This document shows positions 61,814 through 64,000 of a DNA stretch of 64,000 nt, in pieces (within the stretch, counting starts at the first letter, position 1; each line of letters opens with the position of its first letter). The notes under the pieces were generated by a model that worked only from the letters and a program-made list of their open reading frames with translations, was not told where the DNA came from and ran no database searches. The DNA is taken from assembly GCA_020891255.1 (NCBI GenBank), contig BQFW01000015.1, forward strand, positions 2,108,001 to 2,172,000, read 5' to 3'. Both the position numbers and the translations under genes were made by a program. Source of the stretch: Entomortierella parvispora E1425. Its lineage: Eukaryota; Fungi; Mortierellomycota.

Positions 61814-64000
61814 ATGTCTCGAAGACTCTTTGCTTCTTTTTCAAAGTACAGGAACGCCGTTGGCAAGGCGGCCAAGCACGAAGTAGGGCTTGCAGTCAAT
61901 CTCGATACGTAATAGATGGGCACTAGATAAAGTAATTAACCGGTTGATCGTGTATCCCTCAAGGATGCATACACGGACCTCAAACCATCCACTAGTGCCT
62001 CAACTGACTCGTGCCAACTTGTCAAAGTCAGTCATTCCTGGATCGCCTTTAAGCAGATTAACGGTAAGGGGTGAGCATCGTGTTACCAATCCGGTGTCTT
62101 AATGATCATTCAACTGAATATGTTCAATCATTTATTGTTCAGGATCCATTGGTATTTTGCCGGTGGGAACCGTTGGTCGAATTCCACAGGATTTTCATCT
62201 GCTGAGCGCACATGGCTCAGGCGTTTCTGAATGGGAGTTTAGCCCTTTCGATGCTAATTGCTTGATCACTGGTGCCGAGAATGGCGAGGTAGAGAAGGAT
62301 ACAATCAGGTTCAACGACGTTCTCTTGGATGATTCTATCTTCTAATGCTAATACTCTATTTTAACTTGGTCAGATCAAAGTGTGGCGGATTATTTCTCGG
62401 GATGATTCTGTATCTACAGAGCTGGTTCTCACTATCAACACAGGAACTGGGAAGGGCGTGGAGTCTATTGTTCACCATCCAACGTCCAGCGAGGTAATGC
62501 CGGCCGCATTTGTCAAACCTCTAACGACATGAACTTGCAAGAAAATAACTCTATTTCTTGACCGACTAGATCTTTGCATCAGCGTCGGGCAATCTGGTTC
62601 AAATTTGGGATATTTCTGGTAAGGCTCAAGGGACCTCCCTCACTTCCCCAGCTTACACGTTGACCCACCCAAACACTGTCAGCAGTGTCTCCTGGAAAGC
62701 GGACGGAGCGCTCCTGGCCACGACCTGTAAGGACACCCGAATTAGAGTGTTTGATCCTCGCAAGCAAGAGACCTCGGTCCAGGTACCTGCGCAATATTCT
62801 GAGACGAACAAATATATTGTTAAGTTGATCTAACAGCCCTCAACTTGAATATAGGATGGTGTTGGTCATGCTGGAAACCGTTCCTCTCGAGTGATTTGGT
62901 TGGGTGAGAAGGATTTGTTGGCCACAGTCGGATTTAACAAGATGCGCGAGCGAGAGGTCGCAGTGTGGAATGCAGGAGACCTAAGCAAGTCACTGGATAT
63001 GAAACGCATGGATTCTTCCTCTGGACTCACGTTGCCGCTTTACGACGAGGATACGTCCATCCTATTCATCCCATCGAGAGGAGAGTCCATCATTCGTTGG
63101 ATCGAGATTTCAGACTCTGCACCTTTTATGACGGAGGGGGCGGCATTCTCTGCACAAGGGTCTGTTAATGGTGCGGCACTGGTGCCGAAGCAGCTTATGA
63201 ATGTCATGCAGACTGAGATTGTTCGGATCCTTACTGTCACACCTACGAGTCTCTGGCCCGTTAGCGTTAATATTCCTCGAAAGGTAGGTTGTCACTCACC
63301 TGCCACGGAGCCCGCGAGTTTGAGACTAATTCATGAAGATGCTAACAGGTTTGCAATGATGACTGTAGAGTTACTTGGATTTTCACGCAGACATTTTCCC
63401 AGACACAAAGTCCACTACTCCTGGCTCAACGGCATCCGAGTGGCTCTGCGGGAACAATGGGGTTGTTCCAAGGGTATCTCTTGATCCAGGAATGGCAGGC
63501 AAGCCAATTTGGATGCAAAACGGTATTAGCGACAGACCTGTTCCTTCCAAGTTTGTTTCCTCAGCCACTACTGTTGCTCCTATTCCTAAGGTGGTGAGTC
63601 AGCCATCGACTATACCATCGGTTCTGGCGCCAGCCCCAGTTCCAGATTCAACAGCAACCACAGTTCCAGTAGCAGCAGCTCCAGCAGCCGAACCAAAGTC
63701 CGTATCCACGCCAACCGCTGTTACTACAGCCAAAGAACCTACAACGGAAGCATCAGTCACTCAGGATAAGACAAATCCAAGAACCGCAAATCCAAGCACC
63801 GCAAGCCCTGCGGTAACCACACCTACAACTTCAAAGGCACCTACCGCCACAGCGACATCTGCTACACCTGTGGCACCTTCTTTATCTAAACCAAGCTCTG
63901 CGACAACATCGCCCTTGGTTTCACGTCTGGCTACCCAGAGGAGCTCAAAGTTCCGATTCCTCTCTTTTAAACCCTACCACACGAGCTCGCATTTTGAGAA
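61814..64000 (+). CDS. CORO7: Coronin, tandem (coronin-7/POD-1 type), 3' end runs off the window
   Basis: MSRRLFASFSKYRNAVG (SKY/FR motif), WD repeats AHGSGVSEWEFSPFD..LITGAENGEIKVW, SVSWKADGALLATTCKDTRIRVFDPR, LPLYDEDTSILF..RGES, PRKSYLDFHADIFPDT. A T/P/A linker then leads to a second SSKFRF...H..SHFE start at about 63945. Confidence 0.85.

Overview
This is intron-rich fungal nuclear DNA. Canonical GT-AG introns of about 70-250 nt with long A/T runs, CT-rich leaders and the gene content suggest an early-diverging fungus of Mortierellaceae/Mucoromycota type (inference). Manual splicing gives 21 protein-coding genes, two of them cut by the window edges, plus two tRNA genes. In order: VPS13, a NAP/SET/Vps75-type chaperone, an SDD3-type M16 peptidase, DDX20/Gemin3, SYN8, BNA6, RPN12, a CAMKL kinase, UBC4, tRNA-Phe, tRNA-Val, a CBM48 tail-anchored protein, SIN1/AVO1, a mitochondrial PPR protein, PBS2, API5, RAD23, an APC permease, an AA11 LPMO, PIG-X, an NDUFA4/B12D-like small protein, a CENP-B/Tc5-type HTH protein and a tandem coronin. 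I see no operon-like cluster, CRISPR array, rRNA or intact transposon, and no evidence for a novel multi-gene system. The best single-gene candidates are four. (1) A spliced 852-aa protein combining a split glycogen-binding CBM48 domain, a candidate Atg8-binding motif and a basic-tailed C-terminal membrane anchor, possibly an organelle-tethered glycophagy receptor. (2) A transposase-derived CENP-B-like protein lacking the DDE domain. (3) A PPR protein whose repeats read cleanly in the plant PPR code. (4) An AA11 LPMO that appears to have lost a cysteine pair. Several genes (Gemin3, API5, tandem coronin, NDUFA4-like) belong to families I know mainly from animals, plants or amoebae rather than yeasts. 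Splicing oddities are an 8-nt microexon, a GC-AG intron and a 5-nt terminal coding exon. All family assignments come from motif recognition and recall; no database search was run.
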